The position numbers were made by a program, and so were the translations under genes. DNA of 64,000 bases from Macrostomum lignano (taxonomy: Eukaryota). The stretch is from the NCBI GenBank assembly GCA_002269645.1, contig NIVC01000142.1, forward strand, positions 62,001 to 126,000, in the 5' to 3' direction. Positions 1 through 51,310 of the stretch are shown one piece after another (the first letter of the stretch is position 1; every line of letters begins with the position of its first letter). Under the pieces are notes generated by a model. The model saw only the letters and a list, made by a program, of their open reading frames with translations. It did not search any database and was not told the origin of the DNA.

Positions 1-1100
1 TGAAGCATAGCCTGAAGCATCCAATCAAGCCTGAAGCATAGCCTGAAGCATCCGATCAAGCCTGAAGCATAGCCTGAAGCATCCGATCAAGCCTGAAGCA
101 TTGGCCTGAAGCATCCGATCAAGCCTGAAGCATAGCCTAAAGCACCCGATCAAGCCTGAAGCATAGCCTAAAGCATCCGATCAAGCCTGAAGCATCCGAT
201 CAAGCCTGAAGCATAGCCTGAATCATCCAATCAAGCCTGAAGCATTGGCCTGAAGCATACGATCAAGCCTGAAACATAGCCTAAAGCACCCGATCAAGCC
301 TGAAGCATAGCCTAAAGCACCCAATCAAGCCTGAAGCATAGCCTAAAGCACTCAATCAAGCCTGAAGCATAGCCTAAAGCACCCAATCAAGCCTGAAGCA
401 TAGCTTGAAGCACCAAATCAAGTCTGAAGCATAGCCTGAAGCATCCGATCAAGCCTGAAGCATTAGCCTGAAGCATCCAATCAAGCCTGAAGCATAGCCT
501 AAAGCATCCGATCAAGCCTGAAGCATAGCCTGAAGCATCCAATCAAGCCTGAAGCATAGCCTGAAGCATCCGATCAAGCCTGAAGCATCTGATCAAGCCT
601 GAAGCATAGCCTAAAGCATCTGATCAAGCCTGAAGCATAGCCTAAAGCATCCGATCAAGCCTGAAGCATAGCCTAAAGCATCCAATCAAGCCTGAAGCAT
701 AGCCTGAAGCATCCAATCAAGCCTGAAGCATAGCCTAAAGCATCCGATCAAGCCTGAAGCATAGCCTGAAGCATCCAATCAAGCCTGAAGCATAGCCTAA
801 AGCATCCGATCAAGCCTGAAGCATAGCCTGAAGCATCCAATCAAGCCTGAAGCATAGCCTGAAGCATCCGATCAAGCCTGAAGCATCTGATCAAGCCTGA
901 AGCATAGCCTAAAGCATCTGATCAAGCCTGAAGCATAGCCTAAAGCATCTGATCAAGCCTGAAGCATAGCCTAAAGCATCCAATCAAGCCTGAAGCATAG
1001 CCTAAAGCATCCGATCAAGCCTGAAGCATAGCCTGAAGTATCCAATCAAGCTTGAAGCATGCAATCAACCTTGAAGCACCCAATCAAGCCTGAAGCACCT
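1..1100. repeat. 31-bp minisatellite (TGAAGCATAGCC + TGAAGCATCCGATCAAGCC)
   Basis: Direct inspection; runs off the window start. Confidence 0.95.
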
Positions 1101-1809
1101 AATTAATCTTTCCATATGACTTGAAGAATTTGAATAATTGAGTTATATAGTTATGATTCTATAGCATTTTAGATACAAGCAATGTTTCTGACCAATTGTC
1201 TAAAGAGAAATGGTTATATATAAAAAACTATTCAACATCTATAGTCTACTGAACTCTTCATTACACTAAAACCTCACAGAACAACAGAAAATGCAACTCA
1301 AAACCTTACATGTTACTGAACAGGGGCGAATGCATCAGATCAGTAGCCATGTTGAAGCTTTGAGGCAATCAGCTCAAGGCTTTTGCAGCAGCCCCAGGAC
1401 TGAAGAAAGTCTGTCACTAAGGATTACAGCAGGCAGTTTCTGGTGTTGCTAAATTAGTTTAAGTCAAAACAATAGTGCATGAAAGTTTATAACAATTGCA
1501 TTATAAAGTAAAAATTTAAAAAATAAAGTTATAGCATTAAACTTAACTTTAATTTTTTTAAATGGAAAAACAAACAAAATTTATGTCTACATGTTTATAA
1601 GTAGTACATTGCAAAGAAAGAATATATTTAATAAAAAAGAAATTACAACTAAAATATATTTTTCAATTTTACAAAAATTGAAAAGACAACTGATTTTGTT
1701 ATTTCGAAGCATATACAATAATAATGTCAATAAATGTTCAATATTAAATGTAAATTGATACATATATAGATAGGGTATATGCTATTCTATATCCTCTTTG
1801 CTAAAAAGG

Positions 1810-1812
<3 letters not shown>

Positions 1813-1852
<40 letters not shown>

Positions 1853-1855
1853 TAT
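1813..1855. repeat. (TA)n microsatellite
   Basis: Direct inspection. Confidence 0.95.
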
Positions 1856-3616
1856 GTTAAAATATATTAAAGACTTACAATAATATTATCTTTTCAAAAA
1901 TCAATGACCATATTGATACTACAACAAGATCACTTAGGTGATAAGGTGAACAACCTTGTTTTAAAAAACTTTTAATTCAACTATATTTTGTATTTTATAT
2001 AAAAACTAAGCAATAAATGTTAAGAACAAAAATATTTAATAAATATTACATTGTTATAAAAGAATTAGCCATTATTTATCAGAGTTTGGTCCACTTAGAA
2101 ATTTGTAAATGTAAATGTTAATTGTAAATAAAAGGATATTCTTTCAACTTTTTTCTCAAGTTAAAACATTCTTCATAAAAAGGTATTACTATTAGTCTAT
2201 TAGAAAAATAAGTGCTTTAAATGAAAATTATTATAAAAATTTATATAGCACAACATATACATGCATACAGTAGTGAGTCAAAAATCGTATGAGAAAGATA
2301 ATCATTAAAATTCTTTAAAATGTTAGAGTAAACGACAGTACCTTGAAGGAAAGCGAAAAAATGCTGAGACTGGCAAAAGCGATAATTTATTAACTGAGAC
2401 TATTTTAAACGATTGCGAGATAAGGTTATGCTTCGTATCTAAAAATAGAAAATATTGTTGCTACATTACTTATCATGTAATATTGGTAGTTTAGAAAAAC
2501 TTTTGCTTCGTTAATTATAATTATACTTTTTTATAATAGTATGTAAAGCAAAAACATGACATTGTTTTACTGCTTAATCTGCAACGGAGTTTAATTGTAC
2601 TAAGTTCTTGTTAATTTTAAGTATTCGTGCGCGCCCATGCCTGGAAATTTTGTAAATATCCCTTTAGTACGGCAATTTTAGAAAGAGTGGATTTTGCCTA
2701 ATACGCTCCAAAGTTTCAATGTACAGCATGCAAATGCGTACTAACCCGAACATTTTTCATATATTACATATGTTATGTCAAGTTTTATGTCAAGAGTTAT
2801 GTCAATAAAAATTATGTCAAGTAATACTCAGGGTTTTAATCAGCACTTATTGGCATTGCTATGGATCAGATTGATTTTTATCGATTAGTATAGATTGCGT
2901 ATGCTATAATATCGATGCAATATACATGTAAACAAGTGCGCAAATTCGAGAGCGCTCAGCAGCTAAGTCCCGTGTTCGCTCGCCAAGTTGACCAAACGAC
3001 TTTGAGCTGGCGGTCTGTGTTCCTCTTGCTAAGGCGACGACTTAACTGTGGGACAAAGTAAAAGCGGCACCATTCAGTTCTGGGTGCCGAACAAATAGCG
3101 AGCCCGGCTTTGGTGATCATATATATGACCATGTAAAGGATTCAGCCCAGATGAGCCATATTGACTCAAGCAACCAAGCAACGGCACATTTCCAGGAGGT
3201 GTGCAGTGGAGGTTTGGGTCTGGGCGCGCTGTGATCGATCCCAGTCTATGGTATTGCAAAAAAACCCAAAAAGCTAATTTTAACTGTCAGCTGGTCGAAT
3301 TACTCCTTTCGCTTTTCCGTCAGCTTTTTCGATCTTCTATTAGACACCATGCACAGCTTGTGGGTGGGTGAATAGTCGAGTAATTAAAGGTCAAAGTTGA
3401 TCTCTCAGACCTGGAAGCAGAGGGGCAACGAGTTGGCCAATCGCCTACGGCCAAGGCCAGTCTTTTCTGGTCCCTTACCCGTGCCCCCACCTCAGCGCCG
3501 TTGTCACGACTTGGATCATAGAATTCATAAAGTTTCTTTGTCAAGCAAGCACCAACACGCTCAGCACTTGACCTAATCTTCATAGTTCACATCCCTTAAC
3601 TAAAATGTTTTATGAT

Positions 3617-3622
3617 CCTTTA
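3617..3622 (-). terminator. Candidate AATAAA poly(A) signal for the mucin-like gene
   Basis: TTTATT on + strand about 400 nt downstream of the stop. Confidence 0.3.
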
Positions 3623-4013
3623 TTGATTGAAGGCACGAAAATACTCACATAAGAAGCAATCGCATTCACAAAAGACTTAATGCGAAATTGAAGGTATATG
3701 AATTGAGATTGAATTGGATGCCAGTCTTTCAAACGACAGTTTGATAAAGCAATTGACAAAGTTGACGCGTCACTTTCAAAACGTCAGACTTAATACTACG
3801 AGCGTACCACTGTCAAGCGAGTCATTATTGCCTAAAGGAAACTTTTTTTCTTTTTTTAACGGAGATTATATATCAATAGAACATAAAGTTGTTACAAATA
3901 TGAAATTACGACAGTAAACGAGACTTAACAAACTAACTAACGAATAAATCGATCGAATTGCAAAATCGAAAGGTACGACTTCAATAATGCCATTTTTATA
4001 AGAAAAAATCACT

Positions 4014-5906
4014 TTAAATTGTTAGACTTGTCCCCGATTCCGCAGACTGGTCAGTTGGAGTTGTTCCCGATTCAGCAGACTGGTCAGCTGGAGTTGTTCC
4101 CGATTCAGCAGACTGGTCAGCTGGAGTTGTTCCCGATTCAGCAGACTGGTCAGCTGGAGTTGTTGCTGATTCAGCAGACTGGTCAGCTGGAGTTGACACC
4201 GATTCAGCTGACTGGTCAGCTGGAGTTGTCACCGATTCAGCTGACTGGTCAGCTGGAGTTGTCACCGATTCAGCTGACTGGTCAGCTGGAGTTGTCACCG
4301 ATTCATCTGACTGGTCAGCTGGAGTTGTTCCCGATTCAGCAGACTGGTCAGCTGGAGTTGTTCCCGATTCGGCTGACTGGTCAGCTGGAGTTGACACCGA
4401 TTCAGCTGACTGGTCAGCTGGAGTTGTCACCGATTCAGCTGACTGGTCAGCTGGAGTTGTCACCGATTCAGCAGACTGGTCAGCTGGAGTTGTCACCGAT
4501 TCAGCTGACTGGTCAGCTGGAGTTGTCACCGATTCATCTGACTGGTCAGCTGGAGTTGTTCCCGATTCAGCAGACTGGTCAGCTGGAGTTGTTCCCGATT
4601 CAGCAGACTGGTCAGCTGGAGTTGTTCCCGATTCAGCAGACTGGTCAGCTGGAGTTGTTCCCGATTCCGGTGACTGGTCAGCTGGAGTTGACACCGATTC
4701 AGCAGACTGGTCAGCTGGAGTTGTTGCTGATTCAGCAGACTGGTCAGCTGGAGTTGTCCCCGATTCCGCAGACTGGTCAGCTGGAGTTGACACCGATTCG
4801 GCTGACTGGTCAGCTGGAGTTGACACCGATTCAGCTGACTGGTCAGCTGGAGTTGTCACCGATTCAGCTGACTGGTCAGCTGGAGTTGTCACCGATTCAG
4901 CTGACTGGTCAGCTGGAGTTGTCACCGATTCAGCTGACTGGTCAGCTGGAGTTGTCACCGATTCATCTGACTGGTCAGCTGGAGTTGTCACCGATTCAGC
5001 AGACTGGTCAGCTGGAGTTGTCACCGATTCAGCTGACTGGTCAGCTGGAGTTGTCACCGATTCAGCAGACTGGTCAGCTGGAGTTGTCACCGATTCAGCT
5101 GACTGGTCAGCTGGAGTTGTCACCGATTCGGCTGACTGGTCAGCTGGAGTTGTCACTGATTCCGGTGACTGGTCAACTGGAGTTGTTGCCGATTCAGCTT
5201 GTTGGTCCTTTTGAGCGGCCATCAATACAAAATCGGATATTTCAGCAGAAATTGTTGTCTCAGTGGTCGTTGTCTGGCTGCCTTCGGTTGGAGGCGCTTC
5301 TGTCTGTTGGTAGTTTAACATCCCTGAAGAAGTCACTCCGTAAAAAACTGTTGATATATCTTCAGCTTCGTTTGCACCATCGGGAGAGGATGTTTTCGTA
5401 ACTGTTGTCGAATCCTGGTCGCTAGTAGCGGCAGCGAAAATCTCAACGCACTGGCCTGTAGGACAGCCGCTGACCGAGTCAATCCAGGTTTCCAATTGCT
5501 CGCCAGGTGCGCAGGTCTCCAAGCCGGGACAGGAAGGGCCACCGGCGTCGCCGCCTGTACAGTTGAGCTTCGGGCAGCCGCTCGGATCTGTCCAGCGTAC
5601 AGCTGGATCAGTCGCTTGCCAGCCGTAGCAGTTGGACGTCAGCACGGCTGGCGGGCATCTAGACAGTGAGAGATCGATCGAATCGAGGCTAGACGGGTCG
5701 GCTGGCAGCAGGCACAGTCGGAACGGACAACCGGGAGCGTCCGGGTCAGACAACCAGAGCGCTCGCATGCCGGCCGAGCAAGCTATCAAGGATGGGCAGC
5801 GCCGAGGCTCCTGCTGCTCTCCAGTTCTTAGCGACAAAGGAGCTGCATTACTAACCGTGAGCACAAGAGCAATAATGATAGCTGGTAGTACTATTACGGT
5901 GGGCAT
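4014..5906 (-). CDS. Secreted acidic mucin-like protein, 630 aa, intronless: signal peptide, three CP..C..GCP..C modules, about 35 x (TTPADQSAESV)
   Basis: Single ORF with a hydrophobic N-terminus, non-repetitive Cys-rich region and in-frame 33-bp repeat (about 4033-5190). ATG context AACA-ATG. Confidence 0.85.
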   Translation of the reverse strand: MPTVIVLPAIIIALVLTVSNAAPLSLRTGEQQEPRRCPSLIACSAGMRALWLSDPDAPGCPFRLCLLPADPSSLDSIDLSLSRCPPAVLTSNCYGWQATDPAVRWTDPSGCPKLNCTGGDAGGPSCPGLETCAPGEQLETWIDSVSGCPTGQCVEIFAAATSDQDSTTVTKTSSPDGANEAEDISTVFYGVTSSGMLNYQQTEAPPTEGSQTTTTETTISAEISDFVLMAAQKDQQAESATTPVDQSPESVTTPADQSAESVTTPADQSAESVTTPADQSAESVTTPADQSAESVTTPADQSAESVTTPADQSDESVTTPADQSAESVTTPADQSAESVTTPADQSAESVTTPADQSAESVSTPADQSAESVSTPADQSAESGTTPADQSAESATTPADQSAESVSTPADQSPESGTTPADQSAESGTTPADQSAESGTTPADQSAESGTTPADQSDESVTTPADQSAESVTTPADQSAESVTTPADQSAESVTTPADQSAESVSTPADQSAESGTTPADQSAESGTTPADQSDESVTTPADQSAESVTTPADQSAESVTTPADQSAESVSTPADQSAESATTPADQSAESGTTPADQSAESGTTPADQSAESGTTPTDQSAESGTSLTI

Positions 5907-6254
5907 TGTTAATCAAGTAATATGGAACAGAGTAAGAGGGTGCTTATTTTTTATTAATACATGTCTGACTGAGTTCTGTCTATTATTTAAATGGAACTAT
6001 AGGCACACTTGAAGTACATGTATATGAGTTATTTTAAACATATTTGATTGGGCAAAGGATTAGCCAGGCAGATAGACATGTCGGCAAAAGCCTTTTTGTC
6101 ATAAAAGACCTCTCCTAATTAGGCTCTGGTACAGTGAGGAAGGAGCTATAGCTGCTGCACGTTCGGAGGTGTACATCCAATTGAAACACCAAATAAAATC
6201 GACAGCCAATCAGATGAGGTGGTCTTTAGGGGGAGGGTGTTGGGGGCATGGAGT

Positions 6255-6525
6255 GAGGAGGTTGGCTGCATGGGGAGGGGTTTTATGGAAGAGTGTGAGG
6301 TTGGCTGCATGGGGTAGGGCTTTATGGCAAGGTGTGAGGTTGGCTGCATGGGGTAGGGCTTTATGGCAGGGTGTGAGGTTGGCTGCATGGGGTAGGGCTT
6401 TATGGCAGGGTGTGAGGTTGGCTGCATGGGGTAGGGCTTTATGGCAGGGTGTGAGGTTGGCTGCATGGGGTAGGGCTTTATGGCAGGGTGTGAGGTTGGC
6501 TGCATGGGGTGGGGTTGTGTGGGCA
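6255..6525. repeat. 39-bp minisatellite
   Basis: GTGTGAGGTTGGCTGCATGGGGTAGGGCTTTATGGCAGG units. Confidence 0.9.
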
Positions 6526-6816
6526 GAGAATAAGGTTGGTTGTGTAAGCATGATAAAAACGTTCTGTCAGCTGGTTCTGTCAGCTGTTATATAGGCCCAT
6601 CAGCTCTGCAGCGCCAGCAAAGCAATAGTAGACTATTTTGTATATCGTGGCATATTATAATAACCGATTGCAAGTTAAGTGTATAAACAGATTAGTGAAA
6701 AGAGACGATCTAAGTATTCTCAAAGTTTTTAAATGTTTTTAATTCAAATCTGCGTAAAACGTTGCACTGCCATACTTTCGTAAGCAATATAGTACTATAT
6801 AGCATATCTTGCCAAA

Positions 6817-6826
6817 TTTATTTATT
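6817..6826 (-). terminator. Candidate overlapping AATAAA signals for Gene A
   Basis: TTTATTTATT on + strand about 580 nt past the stop. Confidence 0.3.
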
Positions 6827-7405
6827 AATGTACAAAATCAGTTCGAAAATGAGGCAAGCGACAATAACATAGAAAAACTTATTGCTATTTATAAAAGAAA
6901 GAGTAAAATCGAGGTGACCAGAGACTACTGTGAGTGTTGCGATTAAAAACTTCCTTTTAGGTCTCCGCCCTTTCCAATTTGAGCACTTGGGATTTCAGAA
7001 AACAGAACGTCGGGGACAACCCAAACTTGCGAGCTTGAAGAGCTGCAGAAGTCAAAATAATAATAATCATTCCAGCTATTGCAAGTAGTTTCGTGAGAAC
7101 ATTGAATTTATAATAACAACTGGTGCGCTTGAATTTAATTAGGGATTGCAACAGCACCGTAAATTACAAATAATTTCTATCATTATATTCAAGTTGTAAG
7201 CCTTCCTGTGCATTTATGTATGTAGATAAGCAATGTTGTACAAAAATCAAGCTAAAAATCTTTGCAGCCTACTTTAATTAGAAAGTCGGAAAATCATCCG
7301 ACTTATTTTTGGGGTAAAAATAGTGACAGTTGATGGAAAAATGGAGAGACCGACATGTTGTAGATAATGGATGGGCGTTTGGGCATCGTGGTTGATTCGA
7401 AGGCC

Positions 7406-46612
<39,207 letters not shown>

Positions 46613-46954
46613 ATTAGTTATGGCTGTCTCCTGTGTATGACAAAGAAAAGACAGGCCACCGAAATCCTCTTGTCCTCGACCTTGTTGTTTGTCCCGCGAC
46701 CGGTCCGACTTGACCCCGGTTGCCGGGGAAAATTGCAATTGGCTGCTGGAAGTTGAAAAAATGCGAAGCGTGTAAAAGAGATTATTTGCTAAAAGCTGCA
46801 GTTGTGGTCTGTTCATTATTTAGCATGGAATTTCTCGCTGAATTTTTTAAAGTCGGTTTTTAGCGCTAAAATTTAAAGTGAAAGTTTTTTGAAAAATACT
46901 AAGAGCATAATGAGAGAAGCTAAAGACAGGTAGACTTGTGGTAGAGTGGGAATT

Positions 46955-47700
46955 GAAAGAAGTAGGGTGAGAATTAGGGAGGGAAGTAGGGAGAGAATTA
47001 GGGAGAGAATTAGGAAGGGAAGTAGGGAGAGAATTAGGGAGAGAATTAGGGAGGGAAGTAGGGAGAGAAGTAGGGAGAGAATTAGGGAGAGAATTAGGGA
47101 GAGAATTAGGGAGAAAAGTAGGAAGAGAATTAGGGAGAAAAGTAGGAAGAGAATTAGGGAGAGAATTAGGGAGAGAATTAGGGAGAGAATTAGGGAGAAA
47201 AGTAGGAAGAGAATTAGGGAGAAAAGTAGGAAGAGAATTAGGGAGAGAATTAGGGAGAGAATTAGGGAGAGAATTAGGGAGAGAATTAGGGAGAGAATTA
47301 GGGAGAAAAGTAGGAAGAGAATTAGGGAGAGAATTAGGGAGAGAATTAGGGAGAGAATTAGGGAGAAAAGTAGGAAGAGAATTAGGGAGAAAAGTAGGAA
47401 GAGAATTAGGGAGAGAATTAGGGAGAGAATTAGGGAGAGAATTAGGGAGAGAATTAGGGAGAGAATTAGGGAGAAAAGTAGGAAGAGAATTAGGGAGAGA
47501 ATTAGGGAGGGAAGTAGGGAGAGAAGTAGGGAGAGAATTAGAGGGAAGTAGGGAGAGAATCGGGAGAGAATTAGTTAGAGAATTAGAGGGAAGTAGGGAG
47601 AGAATCGGGAGAGAATTGGGGAGAGAACTAGGGAGGGAAGTTGAGAGAGAAGTAGGGAGAACAGTAGGAAGAGAATCAGATAGAGAAATCGCAAGAGAAG
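46955..47700. repeat. 12-bp purine-rich repeat (ATTAGGGAGAGA)
   Basis: Direct inspection. Confidence 0.95.
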
Positions 47701-48689
47701 GGAGAGATGCAGGGATACAATTCAGATGAATTTAATAAAGATATTGTGTACAGAAAGTACTGTAGCATATGTACACGATTTTAACTCCACAATGGCACAG
47801 ATGCCTCAGCAATATCCACAGCTATGCCAGTTGGGCAAATATTTTCAAAACATTCTTGAGCAGCAATAATAGCAAATTATTCGCGCGAGCCAATTCAACA
47901 GTTAGCTGGGCGAGCATTCAAGGGTAAGTAATTGAGCCACCCAGCAATCGGGATGGAGATAGACAGTGGGGGCAGTTCTCCTGAGAAGTGTGCGAGAGAC
48001 CACTCGAGGCCCAGCAGTGCTGCAAACACACTTGAATGCCGTATGCCTATAGGCAGCTGGTGTGCTCAAGCTGCAGGGCCCGCGGACTGTGACAGGCACT
48101 CCTCAAGTGGAGCCAATGCTGGCTGGAGTAGAGTCCTCTTAGGGGATCATGAAGTGTGTAGCCGAGCTGTCACTAAAAGTGCCGCTTTTGTTTCTTTTCA
48201 AACATTGCAGAAGCTGCTCTGAAAAAAATGGAATCCACCCAATTCCATCTGCAGAACTGCAAGAGCTTTTTCTGAACTTCAAAAAAAGAACCAGAGCAGT
48301 GTTGAAAGCATTTTAATTGCCGCTTGGCTGGTAGCGGCTTGCTGCTTGGTTCGAAAATCGCTAGCAGAGATAAGCAGGGGGAGGGGGAGTCATTAATGCG
48401 GTTCCGATGAACCCTGCCAACATTCAAGGCTCCCCATTTCCCCCAGTTCTGAAAGCAACTTTTTGCATACTATTTTCCTCTTTCAACTTCCTACTTGCCC
48501 AAGTTCCACAGATCTGCTCATTTCTCATTCTGAATAGGTAGAGAGAAATTCTCCCAGCTATAACTCAGCTCCCCATCTCACTCGCCCTCCTCCCACTTGT
48601 CTCTTCCAGCTCTTCCTGTGTCTGGCATCGAGGCGGAGCCAAGGAGACCCAGAAGCGGAAACCTGGACTGACACCTCTTTCTGACGCTC

Positions 48690-49100
48690 CTTCCCGCATC
48701 TCCCTGTCCCTCTCGCATCTCCCTGTCCCTCCCGCATCTCCCTGTCCCTCTCGAATCTCCCTGTCCCTCTCGCATCTCCCTGTCCCTCCCGCATCTCCCT
48801 ATCCCTACTTCCCGCATCTCCCTGTCCCTCTCTCCCGCATCTCGCTGTCCCTCTCTCCCGCATCTCGCTGTCCCTCTCTCCCGCATCTCGCTGTCTCTCT
48901 CTCCCGCATCTCGCTGTCCCTCTCTCCCGCATCTCGCTGTCCCTCTCTCCCGCATCTCGCTGTCCCTCTCTCCCGCATCTCGCTGTCCCTCTCTCCCGCA
49001 TTTCCCTGTCCCTCTCTCCCTCTCTCCCGCATCTCAGTCCCTCCCTCCCGCATCTCCCTGTCCCCCTCTCCCGCATCTCCCTGTCCTTCTCTCCCGCATC
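48690..49100. repeat. ~23-bp repeat (TCCCGCATCTCGCTGTCCCTCTC)
   Basis: Direct inspection. Confidence 0.9.
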
Positions 49101-49959
49101 TTGGGGAAGCACTGCTACTCCAGTTTCTAGTTTTAGTCCTTCCCATCAGAATCCAGAGCAGCAGGCAGGGTTTTCAGCTCCCAGCGGCTGCTGCTCTGCT
49201 GACGTAGACCCGGGGTAGTTGAGAGCCATCTGCCTCGCTTGGCGTCTTCGCGCGCCCCAGACCAGCCTCGGGGGTGGTCAGTCTGCTTTGGCCCTGAGGG
49301 GCTTTGCTTTTGAATGTGGGGGCTTCGTCTTTGCAGAGGCTTAGGCCAGGTTTCCCTTACCAACAGCATCTTTTATCCCTGGGAGAATTGGACCGGCACA
49401 GTTAGTCAGTCAAATAAATGAATGGGGAGGTGTCCTAAGCAGCCTATTATTCATAGAGCCCAGCTCCAACTGTGAGTTGTGCTCGGCCCCCTGGGAGCCC
49501 GGCTCGGTTATAAATTTACATGCACAAACAAATACACGCAATTAAGGGAAAGTCTGTCCTGGGAATTGAGGCCGTTGCGGGACCCCGGTGTGACCCCCCA
49601 GTTACAACTGGAGAACAGGCTGAGTCTTCATTCCGCGCTAGCAGAATCGATACCAGATTCACACCTTTGAGTCTGGCGAGTCTGGAGATTTCCCAAGCAG
49701 TGAAACTGATTATGGGAAGTTTGTATTGAGAGAATTTTGAGTTCCCAGCTCGGGCATCAATGCATTGATTTTACCGTAGCAACCTGGGGGGCCGAGATCT
49801 GCTAAGCAAATTTTAGTGCTGTAGGTCAGATGGAGCTCGATTGGAGTATGGCTGCCATGGTGATTTGGATTTAATTAATGGGTCTGTTTGGAGTGGTTTG
49901 AACTGGACTAGATCTTATTTTTGCTTGACTAGATCGCGATTAGATATTAGCTCGATCAT

Positions 49960-50710
49960 AAATAGATTATGAGTTGAGTTTGGGTAGATCTTGAATAGAC
50001 TTTGATTTGATCATAACTAGATCTTGAATAGACTTTGACTAGATCATGATTAGATCTTGAATAGACTTTGATGATATCGTAATTAGATCTTGAATAGACT
50101 TTGACTAGATCATGATTAGATCTTGAATAGACTTTGATGATATCGTAATTAGATCTTAAATAGACTTTGATTTGATCATAACTAGATCTTGAATAGACTT
50201 TGATGAGATCGTGATTAGATCTTAAATAGACTTTGATGATATCGTGATTAGATCTTAAATAGAATTTGATTTGATCATAACTAGATCTTGAATAGACTTT
50301 GACTAGATCATGATTAGATCTTAAATAGACTTTGATGAGATCGTGATTAGATCTTAAATAGACTTTGATGAGATCGTATTAGATCTTAAATAGACTTTGA
50401 TTTGATCATAACTAGATCTTGAATAGACTTTGACTAGATCATGACTAGATGTTAGATAGACTTTGATGAGATCATGATTAGATCTTGAATAGACTTTGAT
50501 TAGATCATAACTAGATCTTGAATAGACTTTGACTAGATCATGACTAGATGTTAGATAGACTTTGATGAGATCATGATTAGATCTTGAATAGACTTTGATT
50601 AGATCAAAATTAGATCTTGAATATTCTTGATCTTGAATATAGATCTTGAATAGACTTTGACTAGATTGTAATTAGATTTTGACAAGATTTTGACTAGATC
50701 ATGACTGGCT
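49960..50710. repeat. 33-bp repeat built of three 11-mers
   Basis: TAGATCTTGAA TAGACTTTGAT GAGATCGTGAT. Confidence 0.92.
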
Positions 50711-51109
50711 CATCCGGCATTAGGAGCCAGACAATGTTGTGAATATCCCTATCAAGAACTCAAAACTCGCAGGTTGGCACAAATTCGAAATAGAAGAAAA
50801 ACTTATAAAAGTGCAGCACTGGCATATCCATCTCATCAAGCAGACCCCACCGCAATCAGAGAAGCTGTGAAACGAATCTCCCTAGCTGTTCTATCGATAA
50901 ACAGCCGGAAAAAATCAATGCAGAGCTGTGTGCCCCAGCATTTGAGCACTGCTAGGTCAACTGGCAGAACTCAGAAACTCGACAAGAATGAAGTTCGTTA
51001 AGAACCGGAAGGCCCTGCTGGAAGAAGGCAGTGAAAATCGCTTATAGATATTGGGAGTTTTGCGGAATGAAAGCTTGGTGGTGGGGACACGGTAGGGAGA
51101 GGGTGAGAG

Positions 51110-51310
51110 ATGGGGCGGGAGAGAGTGAGACAGGGTGAGATAGGGTGAGACAGGGTGAGATTAGGTGAGACAGGGTGAGACAGGGTGAGACAGGGTGAGA
51201 TAGGTGAGGCAGGGGGAGAAATGGTGAGACAGGGTGAGACAGGGTGAGATAGGTGAGACAGGGGGAGAAATGGTGAGACAGGGTGAGACAGGGTGAGACA
51301 TGGTGAGGAA
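51110..51310. repeat. 10-bp repeat (GAGACAGGGT)n
   Basis: Direct inspection. Confidence 0.9.

Noticed and set aside
1290-1452. Short plus-strand ORF MQLKTLHVTEQG... in the AT-rich block
   Set aside because: About 53 aa, no domain, no supporting exons
2264-2290. Tc1/mariner-like end TA-CAGTAGTGAGTCAAAAA
   Set aside because: No matching inverted copy seen in the window
3074-3917. Short ORFs as transposase fragments
   Set aside because: No recognisable catalytic motifs or consistent frame
4019-5401. 460-aa plus-strand ORF (QLTGQLELSPI repeats)
   Set aside because: Antisense shadow of the 33-bp coding repeat; the minus-strand ORF has the signal peptide and Cys domain
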